From: Eledone cirrhosa
Taxonomy: Eukaryota
Reading direction: 5' to 3'
Assembly (NCBI GenBank): GCA_964016885.1
Contig: OZ024760.1
Location: forward strand, 5,270,001 to 5,334,000
Length of the DNA: 64,000 nucleotides
Made by a program: the position numbers and the translations under genes. Of this stretch, positions 39,792 through 53,652 are shown piece after piece. Below the pieces are notes generated by a model. That model made no database searches. It was not told the DNA's origin and saw only the letters and a list, made by a program, of their open reading frames with translations. Numbering within the stretch: the stretch's first letter is position 1; each line of letters opens with the position of its first letter.

Positions 39792-40690
39792 TAGATAGAT
39801 AAGTGTTTGTATTCCTATATATATATATATATATATATATATGTGGGGCGGGGGGGTGTATATGTATATATACAAGTGTGTGTGTGTATGTATATTTGTG
39901 TGTGTGTGTGTAATAATATGATGATAATCATCGTTTATTTTAGCCACAAAGGTGGCGACGGATGATCATTAAAAAGTGATGCGAAGGGAATTTTTTTTTA
40001 AATCTATGATGTTAATAATATTAATATAAACTTAATAATATTAATAACAACAACAATGGTTTCTTTATTGGCCACAAGGGCTAACATGAAGAAAACAACA
40101 ATAATGGTAATCGTAATCATAATATTGGTAATATCATGATGATGATGATGATTGTAAATATCTATAATGATTTTTTTTTTGTATTAGTCATACAGGTCTC
40201 ACATTAAGAAAACATTAAATAATTATTTAATATATGTGTGCGTATTTATATGTGTGTAAATATGTCTATATATATATATATATGTGTCTGTGTGTGTGTG
40301 TGTGTATGTATATATATATGTGTATATGTATATGTATTTATGTGTGTGTGTATGTATATATATATTTATGTGTGTATGTATATGTATTTATGTGTGTGTG
40401 TATGTGTATATATATTTATGTGTGTGTATGTATATATATATATTTATGTGTGTATGTATATGTATTTATGTGTGTGTGTATGTATATATATAGTTATGTG
40501 TGTATGTATATATATATATGTGTATGTATTTATGTGTGTGTGTATGTATATATATAGTTATGTGTGTGTATGTATATATATATGTGTGTATGTATATGTA
40601 TTTATGCGTGTGTGTGTATGTATATATATATTTGTGTATGTGTATGTATTTATATGCGTTTGTATATATATATATATATATATATATACC
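38100..40690. repeat. Compound TA/TG/GA microsatellite field with duplicated ~180-bp blocks
   Basis: The anchor AGTGTTTGTATTCCT recurs five times between ~39140 and ~39815. Confidence 0.85.
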
Positions 40691-40740
40691 TTGATTAAAT
40701 CTTAACCATTTAACATCTCAGGGTATGTCATGTATCATTA

Positions 40741-40795
40741 TATTTTGTCTGATGAGGACGTACTGTTGTAAATCCGAAATATGTATAATAAAATG
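40741..40795 (+). ncRNA. Minimal type I hammerhead ribozyme motif (same family as 28301-28355)
   Basis: TATTTTGT-CTGATGA (40749-40755)-GGA...TCC-GAAA (40776-40779)-TATGTA-TA-ATAAAATG. Confidence 0.65.
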
Positions 40796-40839
40796 TAATT
40801 GATCAAAAGAACATCTATTTTATTAATATTTGTATTTTA

Positions 40840-40913
<74 letters not shown>

Positions 40914-41439
40914 GTTTCTGATTTAGGCACAAGGCCAGCAATTTGAAGGGAAGGTGTGGGTATGTTAGTGGTTCTTGATTTTATCGACCCCTAGCCTGCC
41001 CCTTAAGGATGAAAGGCAAAGCTAACAGATATTTATAATAAGAATTATTTCTACTTTAGGCACAGGGTATCTAATTTGAAGGGGAGAGGGGATAAAGGCG
41101 ATTAAACGGATCCAGTGAATTACAGGTACTTTATTTTAGCGACCCCTGTAACGTTGAAAGGCAAATTATAATAATGGTAATATTAATAATAATTATAATG
41201 GTAATATTATTAATTATTTTTTATATTAATAATATTAACGCGGCAATATTGATAATTATTTTTATATTAATTAGTTTATTAACCACACGGGGCTCACATT
41301 AAGAAAACATTTCATAATAATAATAATGGTTTCTTTATTGGCCACAAGGGCTAACATGAAGAAAAACATTACAGACGGCACAGAACGACCGTATAATAAT
41401 GGTAATTATTACTGTATTGAATAATAATGATTTCTTAAT

Positions 41440-42147
41440 TAGCCACACAGGGCTCACTTTAAGGAGACTTCAAAGACTCACATTAAAGAGACTTTAAGGG
41501 CGGTACAGGACGATATACAGTGTGGGGGTTTTAGCCACACGGGGCTCACATTAAAGAGACTTTAAAGGCGGTACAGACGATATACAGTGTGGGGGTTTTA
41601 GCCACACAGGGCTCACATTAAGGATACTTTAAAGAAGGTACAGGACGATATACAGTGTGGGGGTTTTAACCACACAGGGCTCACATTAAGGATACTTTAA
41701 AGAAGGTGGTACTACAGGACGATATACAGTGTGGGGTTTTAGCCACACAGGGTTCACATTAAGGATACTTTAAAGAAGGTACAGGACGATATACAGTGTG
41801 GGGGTTTTAACCACACAGGGCTCACATTAAGGATACTTTAAAGAAGGTACAGGACGATATACAGTGTGGGGGTTTTAACCACACAGGGCTCACATTAAGG
41901 ATACTTTAAAGAAGGTACAGGACGATATACAGTGTGGGGGTTTTAACCACACGGGGCTCACATTAAGGATACTTTAAAGAAGGTGGTACTACAGGACGAT
42001 ATACAGTGTGGGGTTTTAGCCACACGGGGCTCACATTAAGGATACTTTAAAGAAGGTACAGGACGATATACAGTGTGGGGTTTTAGCCACACGGGGCTCA
42101 CATTAACAAGACTTTAAGGACGGTAGAGTACGATACAGTGTGGGTAT
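41440..42147. repeat. ~68-bp tandem satellite (~10 copies)
   Basis: Unit CCACACAGGGCTCACATTAAGGATACTTTAAAGAAGGTACAGGACGATATACAGTGTGGGGGTTTTAA. Confidence 0.92.
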
Positions 42148-42296
42148 TGAATAATGAATAATAATTGTTTCTGCTTTAGGCACAAGGCCAGCAATTACTC
42201 AGTGCATTACTGGTACTTTATTTTATCGACCCCGTAAGGATGAAAGGCAAAGTCAACCTCGGCGGGATAAACATAATAGTGATACTTATCACTTAC

Positions 42297-42476
42297 CTTT
42301 CCGACATATAGCAGGTAATATGCGAGGTATGCAGTTCCAAAAACACATAATATTGGTAGCGATGGATACTCCTGGAAATATTGTATAGCCTGCCAAAGAT
42401 AGTCTGTCAAGGCAGAAATGTCAAGACCGGCAGCAAATAGTTGGGCAGAGAGAAGATTTTCACCGCTGTTCCCCAT
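42297..42476 (-). CDS. Probable first coding exon of an ABHD1/ABHD3-like alpha/beta-hydrolase (signal-anchor N-terminus)
   Basis: ATG in an AATA-ATG-G context at 42476; 60 codons MGNSGE...LPILCVFGTAYLAYYLLYVGK; perfect donor AAG|GTAAGT, phase 0. It resembles the hydrophobic-YY..K N-terminus of ABHD3, recalled from memory. No downstream exon was recognised. Confidence 0.6.
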
Positions 42477-42499
42477 TATTTTCTCTTTCACTTATGACA

Positions 42500-43160
42500 C
42501 ACGCACTCGATCTCTTTCACACTGTTTATCTCAATCTCTCTCTTTCACTCTTTCACTCTCTGTCTGTTTCTCTATCTCACTCTCTTTCACTCTGTCTGTG
42601 TCTGTCTATCTCACGCGACCTCTTTCACACTGTTTATCTTTCTTTCACTCTTTATGTCTGTCTGTCTTTCTATCTCATTCAGCCTCTTTCGCACTGTTTA
42701 TCTCTCTTTCACTCTGACTGGTTTACTCTCTTTCACTCTCTATCTGTATCTCTACCTCTCACAGCCTCTTTCACACTGTTTATCCCTCTTTCTCTCTTTC
42801 ACTCTCTTTGTATGTCTATCTTACTCTCTTTCACTCTCTCACTTTGTATGGTTTACTCTCTTCACTCTGTTTGTCTTACTCTTTCACTCTCTCACTCTGT
42901 CTAGCTTACTCTCTTTCACTCTTTCACCCTGTTTGTCTCTCTGCTTCTATGTGTTTATCTCGCTTTTTCTCTCTCTTTCTCATCCCCCTCTCTAACATAT
43001 ACACCCCCACTCTCTCTCCCTCGCTTTCTCTTTATTTATTTATAACTCTCTCTCTCTCCCTCTTTCTCCAATTCTCTCTCAGTCTCTATGTACCTCTCTA
43101 TCCATCTCTTGCCTTCTCTCACTATCTCTCACTCCCTCACTTTCACCCCCTCAATATTTC
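42500..43160. repeat. CT-rich low-complexity tract (CTCTTTCACT units)
   Basis: Pyrimidine-rich degenerate repeat immediately upstream of the candidate exon. Confidence 0.85.
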
Positions 43161-43184
43161 TTCTTAATGGAGGAATGTAGTATT

Positions 43185-43360
43185 TTTGTCGATCGTCGGT
43201 GCGGTTCGGTTTTTCGATACATTTCTTAATATTTGATCGAATTTTGCTCGATTACGTTCGATTTGATCGGATTCGTATTCGGTTTCGTTTGATAGGGTTC
43301 CATTGATTTCAGTTGATTAAAGATACTTCTTTTTATGATAAACCGGTTGACTAACCGCAA
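43185..43360 (-). promoter_or_regulatory. CpG-retaining patch, candidate promoter of the ABHD-like gene
   Basis: Dense CG dinucleotides (GTCGATCGTCGGTGCGGTTCGG, TTCGATTTGATCGGATTCGTATTCGG) in a CpG-poor window, ~0.7 kb upstream of the ATG. A second such patch is at 44240-44305. Confidence 0.35.
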
Positions 43361-43495
43361 AAAAAAAAAATCCACACAAACATGCATGTTTGTGTATATA
43401 TATATATATATATGTGTGTGTGTCCAAAATGTATACACACATCAACATTGCCTGTACAGGTAATCAAAGTGCGTATACATTTTTTTGGATACCAA

Positions 43496-43567
<72 letters not shown>

Positions 43568-43731
43568 TCTTATCATTTCTTGAACTCTATATATAGTTCA
43601 AGAAATGTATTTATGTATATGTATTAGATATACGAATATGTATTACGAATATGTAATACATATTCGTATATGTAATACATATACGAATATGTATTACATA
43701 TTCGTATATGTATTATATAATACATTTTCAT

Positions 43732-43764
<33 letters not shown>

Positions 43765-45009
43765 GACACACCTGACTGGTTAGTAAGACTGTATATAATA
43801 GAAATGTCAAATTGACGATGCGGCAGCTGTTGTTTTTTTTAGAGTTGGTTTGTTGTAAAAGTAGTATTTTTATTATGATATAACAAATACATATGATTAA
43901 ATAGGAGTACATAAAAATAATCAATTAACTATTGTTAACAACCTTATATTTGGCTGGGATTTTTCTTCTATTTTTGTTCTTTTCTTTTGCTTATGGGATC
44001 TAGCCAGACTTTATTTTTAAAAATAATAATTTTAATACAATAGGACGTTTGTAATTTGTCTGAGGCGAATATGAATTTTTCTTACGAATCCGTTCTCTAA
44101 CATTGTTTACGTCTATATATATATATACACACACACACCCTATATATAGACACCATATATACATATATATATATATATGACCAAGAATATATATATATAT
44201 AAATGTATATGTATGTATATATAGTGTGATGGGGAAAACCGTCCGCTTCTTATCTCTTCTCACACAGTGTCGTTTGTTTTGTCGGCAACAGACGACATAT
44301 CGACCTTTGATAGAAAGAAGCAAACAAACAACTGGAGTGGGATGGAGAGCGGTAGTGACAGTTGGTGATAGCGTTGTAGTGGGAGTAACAGTGACATACA
44401 GAGATAGCGTAGGAGTAGAAGTGAGTAGATAGAGAGCCTTAGTGTTGGAGGTGTAGGAATAGCAGTGAGAGATAGCGTTGAGGGGGGAGGGGTGAGAGTA
44501 GCGGGAACAGATAGAGGTAGCGTTGGAGTAGTTGGAGTAACAGTAACAGTTATCGAATGCGTTGGGGGGGTGAGAGTGACAATGATAGGTAAAGATAGCG
44601 TTGGGGTAGGAGTGGCAGTAAAAGATACATACAGCGTTGGGGTAGGAGTGGCAGTAAAAGATACATACAGCGTTGGAGTGGGAGTGAGAGTGAAAGATAG
44701 AGTTAGCGTTGGGGTAGGAGTGACTGAAAGAGAGCAATAGCGTTGGAGTAGGAGTGAGAGTTACAGCGGCAGTGTGGGTCAGGTGGGGGTGTAAGGATGA
44801 GGGTGAGATGGTTTTGTTTTGAACGAGTCGGAAAAGAAAGAGAGAGAAGGTAGTATTAGAAGAGGAGGGAGATAAGAAGGAATAGGAAGGAGAGACAATG
44901 AAATGTCAGTAGCAAGAATGAAAGGAGGGGGAGGGAGAAGGAAAGAGTCTGGTCAAGCAGACGGTTTTTTGGTTCTTCTGTTTTCTGGTTTTCCGTAGAT
45001 TTCTACTGG

Positions 45010-46730
45010 TTGAATGGATGGTTCGATGGTTGGGTAGATGGTTGGTGGATGGTTGGATAGTTGAATGGCTGGTTGGCTGGTTGGATGGTTGGATGTTTGG
45101 ATGGTTGGTTGGTTGGTTGGTTGGTTGGATGGTTTGGATGGTTGAGTGGCTGGATGGTTGGATGAATGGATGGTTGGATGGCTGGTTGGTTGGATGATTG
45201 GCTGGATGGTTGGATGAATGGATGGTTGGATGGCTGGTTGGTTGGATGATTGGCTGGATGGTTGGTTGGATGGCTGGATGGCTGGATGGTTTGATGGTTG
45301 GATGGTTGGATGATTAGATGAATGGATGGTTGGATGGCTGGTTGGTTGGATGATTGGCTGGATGGTTGGTTGGATGGCTGGATGGTTTGATGGTTGGATG
45401 GTTGGATGGTTAGATGAATGGATGGTTGGATGGCTGGTTGGTTGGATGATTGGCTGGATGGTGGGCTGGATGGTTGGTTGATTGGATGGTTTGATATTTG
45501 GATGGTGGGATGGTTGGATGGTTAGATGGTTAGATGGTTGATTGGATGGTTAGATGGTGGGCTGGATGGTTGGTTGATTGGATGGTTTGATATTTGGATG
45601 GTTGGATGGTTAGATGGTTGATTGAATGGTTGATTGGATGGTTTGATATTTGGATGGTTGGATGGTTAGATGGTTAGATGGTTGATTGAATGGTTGGATG
45701 GTGGGCTGGATGGTTGGTTGATTGGATGGTTTGATATTTGGATATTTGGATGGTTGGATGGATGGTTTGATGGTTAGTTGGCTGGATGGTAGTTAATTAA
45801 TTGATGTTTACTGCAGGGTGTGGCTGGTTAACTGGACAAATGGTAACAATGGTGTTAGTGATGGTGGTGGTGGTGACAAATGGTAATATGGTGGTGTACA
45901 GTGATTGAGTGGTGGTGGTGATAGTAATGATGGTAGTATACAGTGATGAATGGTGCTGGTGGTGGTGGTGGTGGAGGAGGTGATGGTGACAGTTGGCACT
46001 GGTGTACAGGGATCGAATGGTGCTGGTAGAGGAGATGGTAGTGGTAGTGGTGACTGTGATTGTTGTTGTTGTTGGTGGTAGTGGTGTTGGTGGTGCACAG
46101 GGGAGGGGGTCGAGTGTTGATGGTGGTAGTGATGGTGTTAGTGTTGATGGTAGTGGTGTTAGTGTTGATGGTGGGGGGGGGGTTGATGGTGGTGGTGGTG
46201 GTGGTGTTAGTGTTGATGGTAGTGGTGGTGGTGGTGTTGATGGTGGTGGGGGTGTTAATGTTGATGGTAGTGGTGGTGGTGGTGTTGATGGTGGTGGGGG
46301 TGTTAATGTTGATGGTAGTGGTGGTGGTGGTGTTGATGGTGGTGGGGGTGTTAATGTTGATGGTAGTGGTGGTGGTGGCATTGATGGTAGTGGTGTTAGT
46401 GTTGATGGTGGTGGTGGTGGTGTTAGTGTTGATGGTAGTGGTGGTGGTGGTGTTGATGGTGGTGGGGGTGTTAATGTTGATGGTAGTGGTGGTGGTGGGG
46501 GTGTTAATGTTGATGGTAGTGGTGGTGGTGCACATGGAGGGCTTCAAGTGTTGATGGTGGTCGTGTTAGTGTTGTTGATGGTAGTGGTGTTGGTGGTGGT
46601 GGTGGTGTTGGCGTTGGTGCTCGGGAGGGGGGGGGGGGGGGGGGTAAAGTGTCGATGGTGGTGGTGTTGTACAATGAATGAATGGTGCTGGTGGAGGTGT
46701 TAGTAAGTGGAGGTGGTGGTGGGGTACAAT
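45010..46730. repeat. (GGAT/GGTT)n then (GGT/GAT)n repeats
   Basis: Tetranucleotide field at 45010-45790, followed by a trinucleotide minisatellite. Confidence 0.9.
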
Positions 46731-47459
46731 GGTACTGTGGTATAATGGTACAAAAGCCACCCAGCCACTGTACACAACATTATCACGCGGCAGTACTTCT
46801 TCATACAGGTGACAAACTATAGAAAACAAAAACTATCACGTGGACAACACCACCCCACTACCTGCCTACTGACACTGGCCTGTGTGTGGTGAGATAAAAA
46901 AATATCTATCCTGTTTTTTACTTTTACACATACCTCTATTACCTGGATGTATAAATATATATATATCATCATCATCATCATCGTTTAACGTCCATGTTCC
47001 ATGCTTGCATGGGTTTGGACGGGAGTTTTCCCACTTGAGGCAAGAGTGGTTGTCTTGCTCGCATAGGACTGTCTGGTGGGTTTTCTACAGCTGGATGCCC
47101 TTTCTAACACCAACCACATTTACAGTGTTTGTGTGTATATATATATATATATATATACACACAAACATACACACACATATATATATATATCGACAGTCGA
47201 TCGACTTTTTTTTTGTCAAATCTGGCCGGGGAAACGATGTTTCCATATTGGTCGCAACTCCAGGTAGAAGGAGCAACGTGAAATAAAGTGTCTTGCCCAA
47301 GGACACAACGCATCGCTTGGTCCGGGAATCGAACTCACAACCTCAAGATTGCGAATCCAATTCTGTAACCACTCAGCCACGCGCCTTCAACGCTGTAACC
47401 ATTAAGTCATTCGCCTTCACACACATATATGTATATACATATACACATATATATATATA

Positions 47460-47660
47460 TAGGAAAAAGTATGACCCCGACGGCAGAGCTCAAGCCGTTT
47501 CGACGGCTATTTCTGGACTGAGTCAATGAAGCCTTCGAAACGGCTTGAGCTCTGCCGTCGGGGTCATACTTTTTCCTATTTCCCACTCTACTACTCTAAG
47601 TATTGAGTACTCTGGTGCGTTATGGTCCATCTGGTTCCTTACCACAATTCCTTTGTTATA
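47460..47660 (+). mobile_element. TA-flanked hairpin element, same family as 23868-24062
   Basis: AGGAAAAAGTATGACCCCGACGGCAGAGCTCAAGCCGTTTCGA ... TCGAAACGGCTTGAGCTCTGCCGTCGGGGTCATACTTTTTCCT. Confidence 0.7.
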
Positions 47661-48439
47661 TATATATATATATATATATAAACGTTTGTATATGTATAAT
47701 AAAGCCAAAACAATATCTTTTGCATTTGCATTCTTTCTTCTATGTCCATACCTGCATTGTTTTGGCTTTATTATACATATACAAACGTTTATACCTCATT
47801 ACACAATGCTTCAAGTGAACTATAACCTCCCCATATATATATATATATATACATACACATATTTACATACACACGCACACATACCTGTCTGTAGTTTCAC
47901 TTTCACTAGTTTCTTAAGTAAGGGGGGGAGTTGGTGGATGGAAGTGTGTCTGAGTTAATAAGTAGGTAGGTCAATGGGTGTGTCTGTATATGAAAGTAGT
48001 TTTTATGTACTTATCATATATAGATATGCGTGCATATATTTATATATACACACACATAAAAATGTACACATATCCATGCATATATTTATATATATAGATA
48101 TACACACACATATGTACTCATATGGGTGCATATATTTATATATATATATACACACACACATACGTGTATATAACACTTATGATGTCTGCTCATACAAATA
48201 ATCAGGCCTATAAATTACTTTGCCTAATTATGTGATTTACTTACACAATCAGATAAACATATAGTTCTAGCTCTTGTTGTTGTTGTTTAGCTGAAGGTCA
48301 TACTTTGATCACTGTACAGACATATAGTCGATGTTCTTCCAGCTGTGACCATCCCATTTTTTTTTCGTTGTTGTACACCTTTTTTTTCTTTTATGTGTAT
48401 ATATCGTATATTGTGTATATATTATATATTTCAGCATCA

Positions 48440-50855
48440 GCATGTGATGTGTATGGATGACGATGATGATCGCTGGGTGAAGAAGTGCCAAATGATCCCA
48501 GTGGAAGCTGATCTGAGATCAATGAAGTGCCAAGTGATCTCAGTGGAAGGAAGCTGATCTGAGATCAATGAAGTGCCAAGTGATCCCAGTGGAAGGAAGC
48601 TGATCTGAGATCAATGAAGTGCCAAGTGATCCCTATGGAAGAAAGCTGATCTGAGATCAATGAAGTGCCAAGTGATCCCTATGGAAGAAAGCTGATCTGA
48701 GATCAATGAAGTGCCAAGTGATCCCTATGGAAGAAAGCTGATCTGAGATCAATGAAGTGCCAAGTGATCCCAGTGGAAGAAAGCTGATCTGAGATCAATG
48801 AAGTGCCAAGTGATCCCAGTGGAAGGAAGCTAATCTGAGATCAATGAAGTGCCAAGTGATCCCTATGGAAGAAAGCTGATCTGAGATCAATGAAGTGCCA
48901 AGTGATCCCAGTGGAAGAAAGCTGATCTGAGATCAATGAAGTGCCAAGTGATCCCTATGGAAGAAAGCTGATCTGAGATCAATGAAGTGCCAAGTGATCC
49001 CTATGGAAGAAAGCTGATCTGAGATCAATGAAGTGCCAAGTGATCCCAGTGGAAGAAAGCTGATCTGAGATCAATGAAGTGCCAAGTGATCCCAGTGGAA
49101 GGAAGCTGATCTGAGATCAATGAAGTGCCAAGTGATCCCAGTGGAAGGAAGCTGATCTGAGATCAATGAAGTGCCAAGTGATCCCTATGGAAGAAAGCTG
49201 ATCTGAGATTAATGAAGTGCCAAGTGATCCCAGTGGAAGGAAGCTGATCTGAGATCAATGAAGTGCCAAGTGATCCCAGTGGAAGGAAGCTGATCTGAGA
49301 TCAATGAAGTGCCAAGTGATCCCAGTGGAAGGAAGCTGATCTGAGATCAATGAAGTGCCAAGTGATCCCAGTGGAAGGAAGCTGATCTGAGATCAATGAA
49401 GTGCCAAGTGATCCCAGTGGAAGGAAGCTGATCTGAGATCAATGAAGTGCCAAGTGATCCCAGTGGAAGGAAGCTGATCTGAGATCAATGAAGTGCCAAG
49501 TGATCCCAGTGGAAGGAAGCTGATCTGAGATCAATGAAGTGCCAAGTGATCCCAGTGGAAGGAAGCTGATCTGAGATCAATGAAGTGCCAAGTGATCCCA
49601 GTGGAAGGAAGCTGATCTGAGATCAATGAAGTGCCAAGTGATCCCAGTGGAAGGAAGCTGATCTGAGATCAATGAAGTGCCAAGTGATCCCAGTGGAAGG
49701 AAGCTGATCTGAGATCAATGAAGTGCCAAGTGATCCCAGTGGAAGGAAGCTGATCTGAGATCAATGAAGTGCCAAGTGATCCCAGTGGAAGGAAGCTGAT
49801 CTGAGATCAATGAAGTGCCAAGTGATCCCAGTGGAAGGAAGCTGATCTGAGATCAATGAAGTGCCAAGTGATCCCAGTGGAAGGAAGCTGATCTGAGATC
49901 AATGAAGTGCCAAGTGATCCCTGTGGAAGAAAGCTGATCTGAGATCAATGAAGTGCCAAGTGATCCCAGTGGAAGGAAGCTGATCTGAGATCAATGAAGT
50001 GCCAAGTGATCCCTATGGAAGAAAGCTGATCTGAGATTAATGAAGTGCCAAGTGATCCCAGTGGAAGGAAGCTGATCTGAGATCAATGAAGTGCCAAGTG
50101 ATCCCAGTGGAAGGAAGCTGATCTGAGATCAATGAAGTGCCAAGTGATCCCAGTGGAAGGAAGCTGATCTGAGATAAATGAAGTGCCAAGTGATCCCAGT
50201 GGAAGGAAGCTGATCTGAGATTAATGAAGTGCCAAGTGATCCCAGTGGAAGGAAGCTGATCTGAGATCAATGAAGTGCCAAGTGATCCCAATGGAAGGAT
50301 GTGCAGTAGAGGAAGTGGTGGGAGCTGATCTATGATCAAGGAAGTACCAACTAGTCCCAATGGAAGAAAGCTACAATAAAGGAAGTGGTGGGAGCTGATC
50401 TCAGATCACTGAAGTGCCAAGTAATCCTAGTGGAAGGAAGCTGCAGTAGAGGAAGTGGTGGGAGCTGATCTGAGATCACTGAAGTGCCAAGTAATCCCAG
50501 TGGAAGGAAGCTGCAGTAGAGGAAGTGGTGGGAGCTGATCTGAGATCACTGAAGTACCAAGTGATCCCAGTGGAAGGAAGTCACGGTAAAGGAAGACCAA
50601 GGAAGACCTAGATGGAAGTGGTGTGAGAGCTGATCTCAAATCGCTGAAGTGCCAAGTGGTTCTAGGGGAATGAAGCTGCAATAGAGGAAGACCAAGGAAG
50701 AGCTGGATGGAAGTGGTGTGAGAGTTGATCTCAGATCGCTGAAGCTCACAGAGGAGATAACAAAGGAACTCGACATGTGGAGAGATGCTGTACTGAGAAG
50801 GACCTGTCCAACCTATGCAAACGTGGAACAATGGGTGTAAAATCATGATGATGAC
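48440..50855 (+). mobile_element. RTE LINE 3' fragment split by an internal satellite
   Basis: Begins [17 protein letters not shown], ends with RGRPRKSWMEVV...DLRSLKLTE and a GAT tail. Confidence 0.8.
48483..50580. repeat. 46-bp tandem satellite (~39 copies), then a few ~69-bp units
   Basis: Unit AAGTGCCAAGTGATCCCAGTGGAAGGAAGCTGATCTGAGATCAATG. Confidence 0.97.
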
Positions 50856-51593
50856 AGCAGGGTGTTATCTAATTTCCAGCAGGCCAATTGCTCTTTGGCT
50901 CAAAGGAAAAGCAGATTGGCCAAGTGGTTATGTTTATTGAGCCCACAACTCATGGTATCATCATCATCATTCAACATCCATTTTTCTTTGCTAGTACTCA
51001 AGCTGAGATAGTGACCTCTCAGATGAGCTGGAGAATATGTGTATGCGACAGCTCACACCTATGCAGGTTTAGCTGGCCTCTTCTAAGGTATATCTTGTTG
51101 GAGATATCTTTGGTAATTTAATGATAGGGACCCCAGTCCTATCATCTCATTTCTACAGCTAAGTAAACTGGAGCAACGTGAAATAAAGTGTCTTGCTCAA
51201 GGAAACAACAAATCACCCAGTCCAAGAATTTAACTCACAACCTTTTGATTGCAAGCCCAATGCTCTAACCACTAAGCCATGCGCCTTCACTGGAGAATAT
51301 ACAACACAATCATCATCATCATCGTTCAATGTCCATTATCCACGCTTGCATGGGTTTGACAGGTCAGGTTAGGTGACCACATCTTGCTCATAAGGATCTG
51401 TTTTTTTACTTGGTTTTTATGTCTTGATGCCCTCTCTAATGCTAACCATGTTAGCTTACCACACAATCAGGAGTGACAGGTCTAAAGAAAAAAAGATACT
51501 ATTATATCTTAAACAGACATGGAATGATCACAAGCTGAACATATGATTCTACCTCTGTTGAATCCCGACTGGCCTAGGGCTAAACAATAACAT

Positions 51594-53160
51594 GATAACT
51601 ATCGTCCAGTCAGTCTTACTAGCTGTATGGCCAAACTGATGGAATCCTGTGTCAGAGAAACACTTTGGAACTTCTGGAGCTCTCACAGCCTCATCCGGCC
51701 CTCACAGTTTGGATTTATCCCTAACTCCAGCTGCTGTGATCAGCTTATCGAGTTCCTTGAGGACATCACCCGGATCACTGACAGCGGCTCATGGGTGGAT
51801 GTTGTTTACCTTGACTTTGCTAAGGCTTTTAATTCTGTGCCACACAAAAGACTTATGGCAAAACTCTCTGCAATGGGTGTGAGGGATGATCTTTTCGACT
51901 GGTTGAAATCCTTCATTCTCAGCCGAAAAGAAGTAGTCACGGTTCTAGGACAGCATTCTTCACCTTATGAGATGTCATCTGGTGTACCACTGGGATCTAT
52001 TCTTGGTCCTCTTTTGTTTGTGGCATATATTAACGACATAGATGCCAACTTACAGAATGCCACGGTACTAAAATATGCAGATGACATCAAGCTGTACCTT
52101 GAAATCAAAAGGACTGATCCTGAAATTTACAACTCTTTCCTACAATCAGACCTGGACACAATGCAGCAATGGATCACAGACTGGCAACTGAAGCTGGCTG
52201 TGGACAAGTGTACCACCATGCATTTTGGAAGGAAAAATCCAGCGTCCACATACTCCCTCCACAACACTGATATCAAAAAGTCCTCTTGTGAACGTGACCT
52301 GGGCATTACTGTCAGCAACGATTTGTGTTGGACAAAGCATGTCTCTAAGATTGTCAAGAAGGCCGAGGGTGTCTTGGCATCACTCAGCAAGACCTTTGTT
52401 AGCTGCTCTCCAGCCATCTATTTAAAACTGTATACAGCTATGGTACGACCACACTTGGAATTCGCATCATCAGTCTGGAACCCCTATCTTGCTCAGAACA
52501 TTGACCTCCTGGAAACTTGAGAGACGTGCAACCAAGTGCATACCCTCCATCAGACACCTACCATACTCTGAACGCCTTGCTTCCCTGGGCATGGATTCAT
52601 TGAAGCTCCGACGTCTGGCAATGGACTTGGTGAAGACCCACAAAGTTTTTAACCATCTCGCCAATTGCAACCCTGAGCGCCTCTTTGATCTCCATGTGTC
52701 TAACACACGTGGACATGCCTACAAGATCAGAAAACAGCACAGCTCCCATGACTTTCGTAGACATTTTTTCACGCTCAGAGTTGCTGAAGCATGGAACAAA
52801 CTGCCTGCGTCAATTGTTAGCTGCCGAGACACTGCATCCTTTAAGACACTTATGCTTCCCGAAATACGCCAAAACTACACCTGATGTACCCCTTCCATGC
52901 ACATGCACACGTGTGTATCATGACTCGTGCACTGTTCATTTTACTGATGTTTGTGCATTGCCCTATGTACTGTACATGCACCTTTTTGATGAGTTGTGGT
53001 GCACCTGGGCACTGTACACAATATTTCATTATTGTTATTATATCATGACTCGTACACTGTTCATTTTCCTGACATTTGTATATTATTCTATGTACTATAC
53101 ATGCACCTTTGATGAGTTGTAGTGCACCTGAGCACTGTACACAATAATTTCATTATTATG
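51594..53160 (+). mobile_element. CR1-like LINE, 5'-truncated, RT with one frameshift
   Basis: NYRPVSLTS, QFGF, YLDFAKAFNSVPH, GVPLGSILGPLLF, YADD, ERDLGI, VRPHLEFASSVWNPY. Frameshift near 52515, then RRATK..TRGH..FFTLRVAEAWNKLP. The 3' tail is duplicated and ends in ATT repeats. Confidence 0.92.
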
Positions 53161-53431
53161 ATGAAAGGACCTGTAACTCCTGATGGAGTTGTAAGGGGCA
53201 CTATCCTGACATGACATTGGCGTATCGTGGACATTTTAAACCTGGCAGAGCTTATTCTTCTCCAGATTTCATCAGCTGTTTTCTTCCAGAAAGAGAGAGA
53301 GGGAGGGGGAGTAATAGAGAGGAATTATGAAAGAGATACAGAGGAGGAGGAATCAACTCTATTATTTGACTGGTACATTTTTTATCAACCTCGTAAGTAT
53401 GAAAGGTAAAGTTGACCGTGGCAAGATTTAA

Positions 53432-53652
53432 CCCTTTAGCATTTAAACAGGCCGTATCCAACCAGAAATTTTTCACCTCTTTCTGTTTAAACTTGCTATA
53501 ACCGGCCACTCATACTGATGTTGAAGTATTTTTCTCAAAATAAATAATATCAAAATCTCATAGATTCGATATTATGTGAGATAATTATGTGAGGTAAAGC
53601 CTTTACCACAAAAATATAATAGTAAATATAGAGTAATGTAAATGCTAAAGGG
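53432..53652 (-). mobile_element. piggyBac-type MITE with intact TTAA duplication, nested in a family B SINE
   Basis: TTAA (53428-53431) CCCTTTAGCATTTA...TAAATGCTAAAGGG TTAA (53653-53656). Removing it restores the SINE B-box region AGATTTAAACTCAGA. Confidence 0.88.
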
